Virus record (IMG/VR): IMGVR_UViG_3300050119_000279
Location: 1-24,854 of that record
Source: a virus
Taxonomy: Duplodnaviria; Caudoviricetes
Length of the DNA stretch: 24,854 nt
Strand: one strand, 5' to 3'
Position numbers and translations under genes: made by a program. How positions within the stretch are numbered: position 1 is the first letter of the stretch; each line of letters starts with the position of its first letter. The notes beneath the pieces are model-generated. The model saw nothing but the letters and a program-made list of their open reading frames with translations, was not told the DNA's origin and searched no databases. Shown here one piece after another: positions 1 to 7,280 of this stretch.

Positions 1-1
1 T

Positions 2-166
2 ACTTGTACTTTATTTAATATTTTGAAAAAAGGCCACGTGCCTAATATTTCTTTAGCTTATGAAATAGAAAAAAAAACAAATGGCCGTGTTACGCTATAT
101 GATTGGATCGATCAATCAATAACTTCCCCACGTGGCGATACCGAAAAAAACAATAGACAAAAATAA
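2..166 (+). CDS. Cro/YdaS-like HTH regulator, 3' part (5'-truncated by window)
   Basis: Manual translation, frame 2: TCTLFNILKKGHVPNISLAYEIEKKTNGRVTLYDWIDQ...QK*. The P..A..IE..T.G.VT..DW pattern is typical of Cro/YdaS-family C-termini; it lies upstream of the replication genes. Confidence 0.7.
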   Translation, partial: TCTLFNILKKGHVPNISLAYEIEKKTNGRVTLYDWIDQSITSPRGDTEKNNRQK

Positions 167-244
167 TGCAACATCAAGAACTAGAATGCGAAATTCCGGG
201 TCAGTTTGAAAGCCGTAAATCAATTCATCGAGAACTTTTTTCAT
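116..244 (-). CDS. 42-aa single-TM membrane peptide
   Basis: Manual translation MKKVLDELIYGFQTDPEFRILVLDVALFLSIVFFGIATWGSY*; GGGAGG Shine-Dalgarno a few nt before the ATG; hydrophobic C-terminal half. Below the ORF-track cutoff. Confidence 0.55.
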   Translation of the reverse strand: MKKVLDELIYGFQTDPEFRILVLDVALFLSIVFFGIATWGSY

Positions 245-302
245 ACTTCCTCCCAAAAAAACAACAATTACATTTAACATAATAATTTAAAATAGGAAAA
301 AC

Positions 303-473
303 ATGAATATTTCATCATTTGATAAAGGAACAATTTTAATTTTAGCCGGGTTGTTAACTTTTGGAATTTATTTTAAAGATGACATGGTTATTGCCGGGAC
401 TGCGCTTTTTTGCTTTATAAATGCTGTAATATATTATTTAAAAGCGATGCTGACTTTGGAAAAACATCATTAA
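303..473 (+). CDS. 56-aa two-TM membrane protein (paralog A)
   Basis: MNISSFDKGTILILAGLLTFGIYFKDDMVIAGTALFCFINAVILYLKAMLTLEKHH*; AGGA SD; aligns without gaps to 487..678. Confidence 0.75.
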   Translation: MNISSFDKGTILILAGLLTFGIYFKDDMVIAGTALFCFINAVIYYLKAMLTLEKHH

Positions 474-486
474 ATTAGGAAAAAAC

Positions 487-678
487 ATGAATATTTCATT
501 AAGAGAAAAAGCAATAATATTTGCAATTACCGGTAGTACAATTTTTGGTTTGTATAATTGCATCGATCTTTTTATAAATGTGGCGACAGGTTTATGTCTT
601 GGAACTTCTGTTGCATATTATATAAGATCTATCTTGATTTCTCAAAAAAATGCATTGATAAAACCAAAAGATACTTGA
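487..678 (+). CDS. 63-aa two-TM membrane protein (paralog B)
   Basis: Same TAGGAAAAA(A)CATGAATATTTCAT start context as 303..473; two hydrophobic segments. Confidence 0.75.
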   Translation: MNISLREKAIIFAITGSTIFGLYNCIDLFINVATGLCLGTSVAYYIRSILISQKNALIKPKDT

Positions 679-754
679 TAATAATTTTTGAAAAGAGTAT
701 GAAAAACGGGGAAACGAACGCCAATAAGTGTCCCCGCAAGAGAATAGAAATATA

Positions 755-895
755 TTTAACATTATAAAAAAATGAAATATTCAAAATAACATTAAAAAAA
801 ATGCAATATATTAAAGAAATTACATTAACAATCTCAAGAAAATGCAATATATTCGCCAATGAATATGCACATTTTCTTAATAAAATGCAACAATT
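755..895. repeat. Degenerate direct repeats AAAATG(C/A)AA(T/C)A.. in an AT-rich intergenic region (operator-like)
   Basis: AAAATGAAATATT 769-781, AAAATGCAATATATT 798-812 and 839-853, AAAATGCAACAATT 882-895; the first three are each preceded by an ACATTA motif. Confidence 0.55.
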
Positions 896-906
896 CATTG
901 AGAAAT

Positions 907-1191
907 ATGAACGATTATTATGACTTCCCGCCAAGGTCCTGTCTCACCCATATCCTAAAAAATTGCCCTAGAGCCGCTCTAGTGTTTATTTTTCTTTGGA
1001 AAAACAAAAAGAAAAATGATCTTTTCTTTATCCAAAAAAAGAAAATACGGCGATACCTTGAAACTTCCCCCACCATCTTCAAAAACGTTATTATATCATT
1101 AAGTACCATCGGCTTGTTGACTTACGAGGAAACAGACAAAGGTTACTTTATCGACGTAAAGGTAATTGAAGATGAAGCCGAATCCTCATAG
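907..1191 (+). CDS. Hypothetical protein, possible winged-helix DNA-binding protein
   Basis: Likely start ATG 907 (MNDYYDFPP). Helix / basic helix / L...GLL.Y + beta-hairpin pattern resembles wHTH. Confidence 0.6.
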   Translation: MNDYYDFPPRSCLTHILKNCPRAALVFIFLWKNKKKNDLFFIQKKKIRRYLETSPTIFKNVIISLSTIGLLTYEETDKGYFIDVKVIEDEAESS

Positions 1192-1480
1192 CTACTTTTA
1201 CCTCTTATGCGATGAATGCGCATGCCGATTCGTCACGCTCGGAAACCCTTGTGTTGCGTTAATAAATTTTACCTGCTCTTACTATAGATTTTACAAACTC
1301 CTCACCTACGACGATCGCCATGAACCAGACAAAGCAATCAAAGGGCCTCTTCGATATTTGGAATCGAAAGGATTTATCATCTCAACAGAGATCGATAGAT
1401 TCCGCGTGGCCATCTTACCTAACTTCAAAAAGTGCACATATGACGACGAAACTAATAAATTTTGCTGGTGTGGTTCGTGA
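1166..1480 (+). CDS. Hypothetical Cys-containing protein, possible wHTH
   Basis: Overlaps the previous gene end; LRYLESKGFIISTE resembles a wHTH recognition helix/wing; CxxC at the N-terminus and CxC at the C-terminus. Confidence 0.55.
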   Translation: MKMKPNPHSYFYLLCDECACRFVTLGNPCVALINFTCSYYRFYKLLTYDDRHEPDKAIKGPLRYLESKGFIISTEIDRFRVAILPNFKKCTYDDETNKFCWCGS

Positions 1481-1514
1481 TTGCTATGTAAGAGGAAATT
1501 GTGCTAGGGTATTG

Positions 1515-1585
1515 AATGAAAATGCCCAGCTTTGCCGGCCGGGCATTTTTAGAGCGTCGATACGCACTATACGAAACTTGCTGGT
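1515..1585 (-). ncRNA. Putative ~70-nt OOP-like antisense small RNA
   Basis: Bounded by a minus-strand sigma70 promoter (1590-1618) and a minus-strand intrinsic terminator (1519-1549), directly upstream of the replication initiator. Ends are approximate. Confidence 0.5.
1519..1549 (-). terminator. Intrinsic terminator, possibly bidirectional
   Basis: Minus strand AAAAUGCCCGGC-CGGCAAA-GCUGGGCAUUUU is fully paired with one G-U; the plus strand has an A-C mismatch. Confidence 0.7.
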
Positions 1586-1589
1586 TTCT

Positions 1590-1618
1590 ATAGTAGCATT
1601 CGAAGCAATTGATTTCAA
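1590..1618 (-). promoter_or_regulatory. Leftward sigma70-type promoter with extended -10
   Basis: Minus strand TTGAAA-N17-TACTAT with TGn immediately before the -10. Confidence 0.6.
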
Positions 1619-1635
1619 TCATTTTGTGAGGTGCT

Positions 1636-2703
1636 ATGTCTTCAATTCCCTATAGAGCAATACCAATTTCTTTAGAATCTAATAAAGAGTGGCTTAAACT
1701 ATCTCTTAAACGTAGAGAGCTTTTTCTTTTTTTAATGAGAAAAGCTGTTTCTATTGAATCTTATCTTTACAAAGGGGAAATCTTGACCTATGGGCAATAT
1801 GTTTGGAGCCTCAACAAACTCCGAGAAAAATTCAACGAAACTCTCAATCCTGAAGATCAATATAGTAGATCTGGACTTCAAGAAGCTCTTCAACACCTAT
1901 ATAAAATAAATTTTATAAATAAAGGTAAATTTGGTACCACCGTACACGCAGAAACGGTTGTAACTGTCACATATTCAGATAGTTGCGAGTTGATAAAAAC
2001 AAAGCTCCGTACAGCTTTTGATGACCTCCGTACACCCGCCGTACAACCTCAAGATTCGTCCGCCGTACAACCTAAAGTATCTGAAAATATCGTTGATGAT
2101 ATATCTAGAGATGGAATCAAAGAACACAAAAAATCAAGCTCCGTACAACCAGAAATTTCTTTAAACAAGGTACCTCCGTACACCCAACATGATCTAACAC
2201 AATCTAACACTAATGATAATGTCTATATAAGACATTGTCCGGATGATGCTTTTCAAATAAATAAATTAACCCAGGAAGGTGTTCAAGCTTCGCATAAATA
2301 CAAACTTACTGCGGAACAACAATTATCTCTTTCATGGCTGGAATCACAAAAAATTAACACAAGACTTGGTACTTTATGCTGGTGGTCAAAAAATTATAGT
2401 CTTGAAAGATTAAAATGCGTTTACAAAGCTGTGTGTGCGATAAAAAAGAAAAGAAGCATCGGAGCGCTTATGACCACTTTTCTTCGAAAAGATGTTCCAG
2501 TTGGATATGATTCAATTAAAGAAAATTATGAATTTTTCCCTGGATTTAGGGATCAATATCCTGAATTTAATTGGGAACTTAAAGAAACATTAGTGATTTG
2601 TGAATATGGAAATATAAAAAAGGAAATTCCTTTAAAATATAACCCAAATTTATTTGTGGATACACTTTTTAGAACAATGGAAAATTTACGCGGAGCATTA
2701 TGA
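1636..2703 (+). CDS. Phage replication initiator (lambda O-like organisation)
   Basis: N-terminal wHTH-like region, low-complexity linker encoded by DNA repeats (AVQP/SVQP), C-terminal helical domain; GAGG SD; located downstream of Cro-like genes. Confidence 0.75.
   Translation: MSSIPYRAIPISLESNKEWLKLSLKRRELFLFLMRKAVSIESYLYKGEILTYGQYVWSLNKLREKFNETLNPEDQYSRSGLQEALQHLYKINFINKGKFGTTVHAETVVTVTYSDSCELIKTKLRTAFDDLRTPAVQPQDSSAVQPKVSENIVDDISRDGIKEHKKSSSVQPEISLNKVPPYTQHDLTQSNTNDNVYIRHCPDDAFQINKLTQEGVQASHKYKLTAEQQLSLSWLESQKINTRLGTLCWWSKNYSLERLKCVYKAVCAIKKKRSIGALMTTFLRKDVPVGYDSIKENYEFFPGFRDQYPEFNWELKETLVICEYGNIKKEIPLKYNPNLFVDTLFRTMENLRGAL
1940..2182 (+). repeat. Iterons / putative replication origin inside the initiator gene
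   Basis: Seven direct copies of CCGTACA at 1940, 2007, 2028, 2039, 2063, 2141 and 2176; CCGCCGTACAACCT occurs twice, 24 bp apart. Confidence 0.75.
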
Positions 2704-3011
2704 AAATTAAAGATTGTAGGATTCTTTGGAATGAAGATGTTGAATTAAAGAAAATAATAGATATTGAAATTCATGAATTTATTATTGAGAACGGCGGTTT
2801 TAGGAATCGCTTCTTACATGAGAAATTTTCATGGGATATAGGAAATGCCTCTAAAACTTGGGGTGATTGGGATTTAGAAAAAATTCTTATTGAATTTTTA
2901 TGTATTCGTAAATTCTCATCAGAAGAGGTTAAACAAAAGTTTATAAATCAATTAAGAAAGTTAGATGTTTTTGAAGAAAATTATCAATTCTTGACAAGAA
3001 AATATAATTAA
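2700..3011 (+). CDS. Hypothetical protein
   Basis: ATGA overlap with the initiator stop; GGAG SD. Confidence 0.7.
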   Translation: MKIKDCRILWNEDVELKKIIDIEIHEFIIENGGFRNRFLHEKFSWDIGNASKTWGDWDLEKILIEFLCIRKFSSEEVKQKFINQLRKLDVFEENYQFLTRKYN

Positions 3012-3015
3012 AACA

Positions 3016-3044
3016 TTGCGGTTAAATAACTTAAATAATATAAT
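3016..3044 (+). promoter_or_regulatory. Sigma70-type promoter
   Basis: TTGCGG-N17-TATAAT, followed by the inverted repeat TATCCGG-N5-CCGGATA (3050-3068). Confidence 0.65.
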
Positions 3045-3093
3045 TCAACTATCCGGGATTTCCGGATACTTCAAACTTTTAACACTTTAGGAA

Positions 3094-3498
3094 ATGTCAA
3101 TGGAAAATTTTAAATTCATGTCTTATATCCCAACTCCAACCGACCAATACATGCTCGGAATTGCTAAAATAAAAGTTAGTTTATTCAATCCGAACACAAA
3201 GCAACCTCTTGGAGATCTGGAGCTTAGATATAAGCATGTTAAGACAAAAGACGGCACCGGTTCCTTCTTCACGGCGGCGAATTACACGACAACGGATAGC
3301 TTAGGCGAAAAGAAATATATCCCTTGCTTCCTCTTCGATAGCCGTTCGGCCGATGATGAGATTCAAGATTTCTTACGCGACAAAGTCAACCAAACGATTG
3401 CGCTTCGCAGCATTCATACTACCAATCCCCAAGCAATCGTCCATCAACAGCCAACCAGCATGAAAGAGGTCGCCGCGGAAGAGCAGTTACCGTTTTGA
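3094..3498 (+). CDS. SpoVG-like nucleic-acid-binding protein with SSB-type acidic tail
   Basis: Beta-rich core followed by a helix (...KHVKTKDGTGSFF...GEKKYIPCF...), a disordered linker and C-terminal EEQLPF resembling the SSB DDIPF tip. Confidence 0.55.
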   Translation: MSMENFKFMSYIPTPTDQYMLGIAKIKVSLFNPNTKQPLGDLELRYKHVKTKDGTGSFFTAANYTTTDSLGEKKYIPCFLFDSRSADDEIQDFLRDKVNQTIALRSIHTTNPQAIVHQQPTSMKEVAAEEQLPF

Positions 3499-3565
3499 GG
3501 ATTCTAATCTAATTCCAAAATCGAAAGGAAGGCGTCAAAAACAGTCTAAGACGATCGAAAAAGAT

Positions 3566-4012
3566 ATGGTCTGTATGGATCGATCGATAAAGGTTGAGAA
3601 ACTAAGGAAGGCCCGTCAAAAGCAGTTCTTGCCTTCTACTACCGAAATTGAGCCGGGAAGAGTTATTTTAACTCTTCCCCTTGTTACGATCAGCGAAGCC
3701 AACTGTTCCCATGCCTGGCGAACTAAACACAAACGCCATAAAGCGCAGAAAAACGCCATCTTTTGGGCATTCCTGACTGTGAAGCATTTAGTTAAATTGC
3801 CTTGCGCGATTACTTATATTCGCTATGCGCCAAAGTCATTAGATAAATTTGAAAATCTACCCATGGCGTTCAAATGGGTAAATGATGCGTTATGCGCTGA
3901 AATCACCGGCGACTTTAGACCCGGTCGTGCCGATGAATGTAAAGAAATAGATTTAAAATGCGATCAAGTTAAATCCGATTCTTTAGGTATTAAAATAATT
4001 ATTGAGTTTTAG
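3566..4012 (+). CDS. RusA-like Holliday junction resolvase
   Basis: LPLVTISEAN...W..KH...K..K; LD..EN....K...DAL...D motif arrangement and a terminal beta strand (IKIIIE) as in RusA-family proteins. Confidence 0.65.
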   Translation: MVCMDRSIKVEKLRKARQKQFLPSTTEIEPGRVILTLPLVTISEANCSHAWRTKHKRHKAQKNAIFWAFLTVKHLVKLPCAITYIRYAPKSLDKFENLPMAFKWVNDALCAEITGDFRPGRADECKEIDLKCDQVKSDSLGIKIIIEF

Positions 4013-4076
4013 GATATTCCCATTTAGGTTCTCCTTTTTCATCACTAACCAAAATTTGACCCGCTTTCGTCACATT

Positions 4077-4349
4077 TTATTTTTCTTTATTTTCCGAAGC
4101 CCAAGCTATGATGGTTTCAGGTCTGATATCTTGTTTAAGCAAGTCCATAACAGCGACAGCTTGTTCGTAGGTTAGTTCTAGCTTGGCTTTTAATTCTTTT
4201 GTAGAAATATGGCCTTTATTTTGAGTAAAAATAGTTTTAGCTGCATCATAAACTTCCCCCGCGATTTCAGTAGTAGGAAAAACATTATCAAGCTCTTCAG
4301 GAACTGTCGGAAGTCTATATCTATCTTGTGGGGCTTTTAAAGGTAACAT
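4077..4349 (-). CDS. Small protein with FtsK-gamma-like winged helix
   Basis: VYDAAKTIF...ISTKELKAKLELTYEQAVAVMDLL resembles the FtsK-gamma consensus Y..A...........S.S.LQR.L.IGY.RA..L.D.L. Confidence 0.5.
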   Translation of the reverse strand: MLPLKAPQDRYRLPTVPEELDNVFPTTEIAGEVYDAAKTIFTQNKGHISTKELKAKLELTYEQAVAVMDLLKQDIRPETIIAWASENKEK

Positions 4350-4366
4350 ATTAATTCCTATTGTTA

Positions 4367-5338
4367 TTATTTTTCATATCCTAAATTTATCACCTTGAAA
4401 CTTATCGGAGCATGGCCTAGTAAATTTTCTTGAGATCGTACCACAACACCTTCACGAGGCTTTCCATTGCTATAAGTACCTTCACCTAAATATTCAAGCT
4501 GCTTTTTATCAAAACTTTCGCCTGATTTAAGCCAAGCAACCGTTAGAAATTGTGAATCAGAACATAAATGAAGCAATTCTTGCATCGTCAAATATCTATG
4601 CTCGACAATATTGTAAGCACTAAAGGCATATCCTTCTATCTCTTTCAAGCCCATAGGGTTCCCTTGAATACCGGGACCACATGTTTCCCATTGTAGCGCT
4701 ATTCCTTCCGGCAATTTATTTGACAAATCATATCTCAAAGCAATTTTCCAATAACCATTCTCTTCATTAAAAGCTAATTCAAGGTTACGGCTACATAGTC
4801 CAAAATGGTTTTTATATTTAAATGCCGTTGTAGATGATCCATCAGCCTTCTCCGTGATATAATATGGCTTTCCTTCAAGTAAATCGATCAATTCTTGCGA
4901 ACGTTGGTAATTGGGTTCATCAGTTTTGGGAATAAAATCAGGAAAATGACCGATCGCCATACCATTTAAATGTGCTGGCATTGGCTTATGATATTTTGTG
5001 ACATTCATAAATAAGGTTATATCTTCACCAACTTGAGTATTAATTTTAAATATTTCTGGCATAATCACAACTTCACTCGGTGCACCTCGAAATCGACGCA
5101 TCTTAACGCGCCAATTACTGCTCTTCATGAAAGCCATTTCTTCGCTTTCTGCAATTAATGTATCAGGAAGATAGACAATGCATTTACTATCTATTTCAAA
5201 ATCACCTTTCTTGACAATACCTCGCCATTTTCCACCAACTCCACATACAACAGTCGCGCTAACGATAAAATCAGCATTTGGTATCTCTTCAATAGCTATG
5301 ATCTTTCCAACATAAACCAATCCTATATTTTTCTTCAT
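4367..5338 (-). CDS. ATP-dependent RNA ligase, DRB0094/Rnl2-like family, with N-terminal OB-fold
   Basis: N-terminal KIIAIEEIPNAD...VKKGDF OB domain; FPDFIPKTDE; motif I TEKADGSS; E..G.GIQGNP; motif IV EGVVVR; motif V FKVIN. Confidence 0.9.
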   Translation of the reverse strand: MKKNIGLVYVGKIIAIEEIPNADFIVSATVVCGVGGKWRGIVKKGDFEIDSKCIVYLPDTLIAESEEMAFMKSSNWRVKMRRFRGAPSEVVIMPEIFKINTQVGEDITLFMNVTKYHKPMPAHLNGMAIGHFPDFIPKTDEPNYQRSQELIDLLEGKPYYITEKADGSSTTAFKYKNHFGLCSRNLELAFNEENGYWKIALRYDLSNKLPEGIALQWETCGPGIQGNPMGLKEIEGYAFSAYNIVEHRYLTMQELLHLCSDSQFLTVAWLKSGESFDKKQLEYLGEGTYSNGKPREGVVVRSQENLLGHAPISFKVINLGYEK

Positions 5339-5363
5339 GATGCTATTCCTTAACTTTCATTAA

Positions 5364-6104
5364 TTATTTTTCCTCTATTTCTTCCAAAAGCAGATTGATT
5401 TTATCATTATTTCGCCAATTGTAGACATCCATAAACAAGCGCATATAATCATCTGTAGTAGCTTTCGGACAGAATCTCTCAACCATCTTTTCAAGGTTTT
5501 GTCTCCACTTAGTAGCATTGAAATCAGCATGACGGATAAGTTTAATCAAACATTTCCAAAAGCGCGAAGATGATGTATAATTAGAAAATCCATTCATACG
5601 CTTAATATAGCCAATTGTGTCCCAGCATATATCTAATTCATCATTAAATTCTTCTTCATTAAATATATAACTACCTTTTTTAAAATATAATTTAGGAACT
5701 TTGCCACCTCCTAGCATAATATTTAAAGCTACTTTTAAACTAATATTATACTTTTTAAGGAAATCAGCAAGTTTTTGATATTCTTGATTGCCATTTTTAC
5801 AATAAAAATTTAAATAATCCGCCATTATCCATGATTTTGAAACATTCATTAAGAGAATGTCTTTTGCTTCAAGTTGTTTATCCATTTGGTAATAGATTTC
5901 AACCATTAAAGCTTTAGCGGCAAGAAGTCTATGTTGCCCGTCAATGACTTCCATATCTCCATTAACTGAAATAGGGCGCAATTCAAGTAAGTTTCTTGAC
6001 TTTATAGATTCAATAAGCGCTTTTACATGACTTGGCGTTATTCTTTCTCTATTATCTGTTCTGAATTTAAATTGGTCGTAGTCTTTTGTTTTTTTTATTA
6101 TCAT
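5364..6104 (-). CDS. ParB/Srx-like N-terminal domain protein
   Basis: NR...SHV..LIESI...PISVN..MEVIDGQHRLLAAK motif. Confidence 0.85.
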   Translation of the reverse strand: MIIKKTKDYDQFKFRTDNRERITPSHVKALIESIKSRNLLELRPISVNGDMEVIDGQHRLLAAKALMVEIYYQMDKQLEAKDILLMNVSKSWIMADYLNFYCKNGNQEYQKLADFLKKYNISLKVALNIMLGGGKVPKLYFKKGSYIFNEEEFNDELDICWDTIGYIKRMNGFSNYTSSSRFWKCLIKLIRHADFNATKWRQNLEKMVERFCPKATTDDYMRLFMDVYNWRNNDKINLLLEEIEEK

Positions 6105-6135
6105 TTTCTTTTTCTTTAATTTTTGTTAGGTGTTT

Positions 6136-6747
6136 TTATCTATGGGTATTTCTTAATTCTTTAACGACATCAATGAGAATTTCAATTTGCATTTCAATAT
6201 TTGCAATTCTCGTATTCTCTTTTTCTTTCTTTTCCGCATGTAATGAGTCGCAAGTTGCTGCTGTTTTATTAGCTTTATCAACAAGACGTTTATCCGATGC
6301 TTTTTGCGCTTGTATAGCATCATATAAATGCCGCCCTCCATTAATCCTCACTTCATGAATAACGGTATTCTTGCCACGTTTCAACTTTATAGCAATTTGG
6401 CTTAAAGAAATTCCTTCATTGATTAATTTATGAATAACTTTACGTTCGTCTAATGTTAATCGTTCATAAAGTTTTTCTTCTTTAGTAGCGGCAACCAAGG
6501 TTGAATGACATGCTTTATATTCAGGAAAAAGAGGGAGTGTCAATTCTTCGTCAGTGAATCTTTTCATAAAGCGCGTAGCTACATTAACCGCTTTGTAATT
6601 ATCTCGGCCTCCTCCTCGTTTAATTTCATATTTGATACAACGAAGAGAACGGCCTATTTCATCGGCTATTTTCTGATAACTATATTGGCGGTTTAGTAAA
6701 TTTTCTATTTTCTCGCGTTCATCGAAAGTTAGCCAATTTATTCCCAT
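6136..6747 (-). CDS. DNA-binding protein with two tandem IS30-type HTH domains and no transposase core
   Basis: LTFDEREKI...SYQKIADEIGRS...EIKRGGGRDNYKA and LTLDERKVI...SLSQIAIKLKRGKNTV..EVRINGGRHLYDA; C-terminal coiled coil. Confidence 0.75.
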   Translation of the reverse strand: MGINWLTFDEREKIENLLNRQYSYQKIADEIGRSLRCIKYEIKRGGGRDNYKAVNVATRFMKRFTDEELTLPLFPEYKACHSTLVAATKEEKLYERLTLDERKVIHKLINEGISLSQIAIKLKRGKNTVIHEVRINGGRHLYDAIQAQKASDKRLVDKANKTAATCDSLHAEKKEKENTRIANIEMQIEILIDVVKELRNTHR

Positions 6748-6922
6748 GGTCGTCGTTTATTTTTGTTAAGGGTTTGTTAGGTCTTTTACTACAAAAATAG
6801 CATGTTTCGTCAGAGCATGCTTTTTCTAACCATTCGTTGCATTGCCAGCAATAGAAGGCGTCACTTCTTGTATTGTATTTGACAAGCGTTTTGCAGGTAG
6901 GACAATGATTTACTTGTGTTAT
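6719..6922 (-). CDS. Cys-rich zinc-binding small protein without a canonical start (ATA start or pseudogene)
   Basis: Manual translation ITQVNHCPTCKTLVKYNTRSDAFYCWQCNEWLEKACSDETCYFCSKRPNKPL...NFR*; exactly fills the gap between neighbouring genes. Confidence 0.6.
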   Translation of the reverse strand: MTQVNHCPTCKTLVKYNTRSDAFYCWQCNEWLEKACSDETCYFCSKRPNKPLTKINDDHGNKLANFR

Positions 6923-6923
6923 A

Positions 6924-7130
6924 TTATTCTTTATATTGGTCGGTAGAAGTCACTTTTAATTGCATCAACATTGCCATTAGACATAACATTTTTATTATCG
7001 CAAGCAATATCAAAAATAAACCCATGGTCATTGATAACATACTCATAAGCCATAACCATTCAGCTAAAGATAAAATACAAAATAAAGAAAGTATCCCTAG
7101 ATTTAATGTAATTCGATGCTTTTTCATCAC
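6924..7130 (-). CDS. Small hydrophobic membrane protein
   Basis: AAGGAG SD upstream; basic N-terminus followed by about 50 hydrophobic residues. Confidence 0.55.
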   Translation of the reverse strand: MMKKHRITLNLGILSLFCILSLAEWLWLMSMLSMTMGLFLILLAIIKMLCLMAMLMQLKVTSTDQYKE

Positions 7131-7204
7131 TCATTTACTCCTTTTAAAAAGATGGCACGTGTTGTAGCGCATATTACATTCAATAAATGAGCCATCAACA
7201 ATGT

Positions 7205-7276
7205 TTGTACTGAATGGAATTGAACCATTAATCGGCTAGTTATGAGTTAGCTGCTTTACCTTTAAGCTACAGCACA
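7205..7276 (-). tRNA. tRNA-CAU (elongator Met or Ile2), no encoded CCA
   Basis: TGTGCTG TA GCTT AAAGGTA AAGC A GCTAA CT-CAT-AA CTAGC CGATT AATGG TTCAATT CCATT CAGTACA A: complete cloverleaf with an A31-C39 mismatch; lacks the three G-C pairs of initiators. Confidence 0.85.
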
Positions 7277-7280
7277 ATAT

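Noticed and set aside
558-934. ORFs 558..767 (+) and 629..934 (-)
   Set aside because: They overlap better-supported genes and the AT-rich repeat region, with low-complexity translations.
1320-1655. 111-aa plus-strand ORF
   Set aside because: Overlaps 1166..1480 out of frame and crosses the terminator and antisense promoter; no motif.
6136-6747. IS30 insertion sequence
   Set aside because: Only HTH domains are present; no DDE core, terminal inverted repeats or target duplication seen.
7151-7196. GATGGC...GCCATC stem downstream of the tRNAs as a third tRNA
   Set aside because: Too short, with no T-loop or cloverleaf; at most a processing or stability hairpin.
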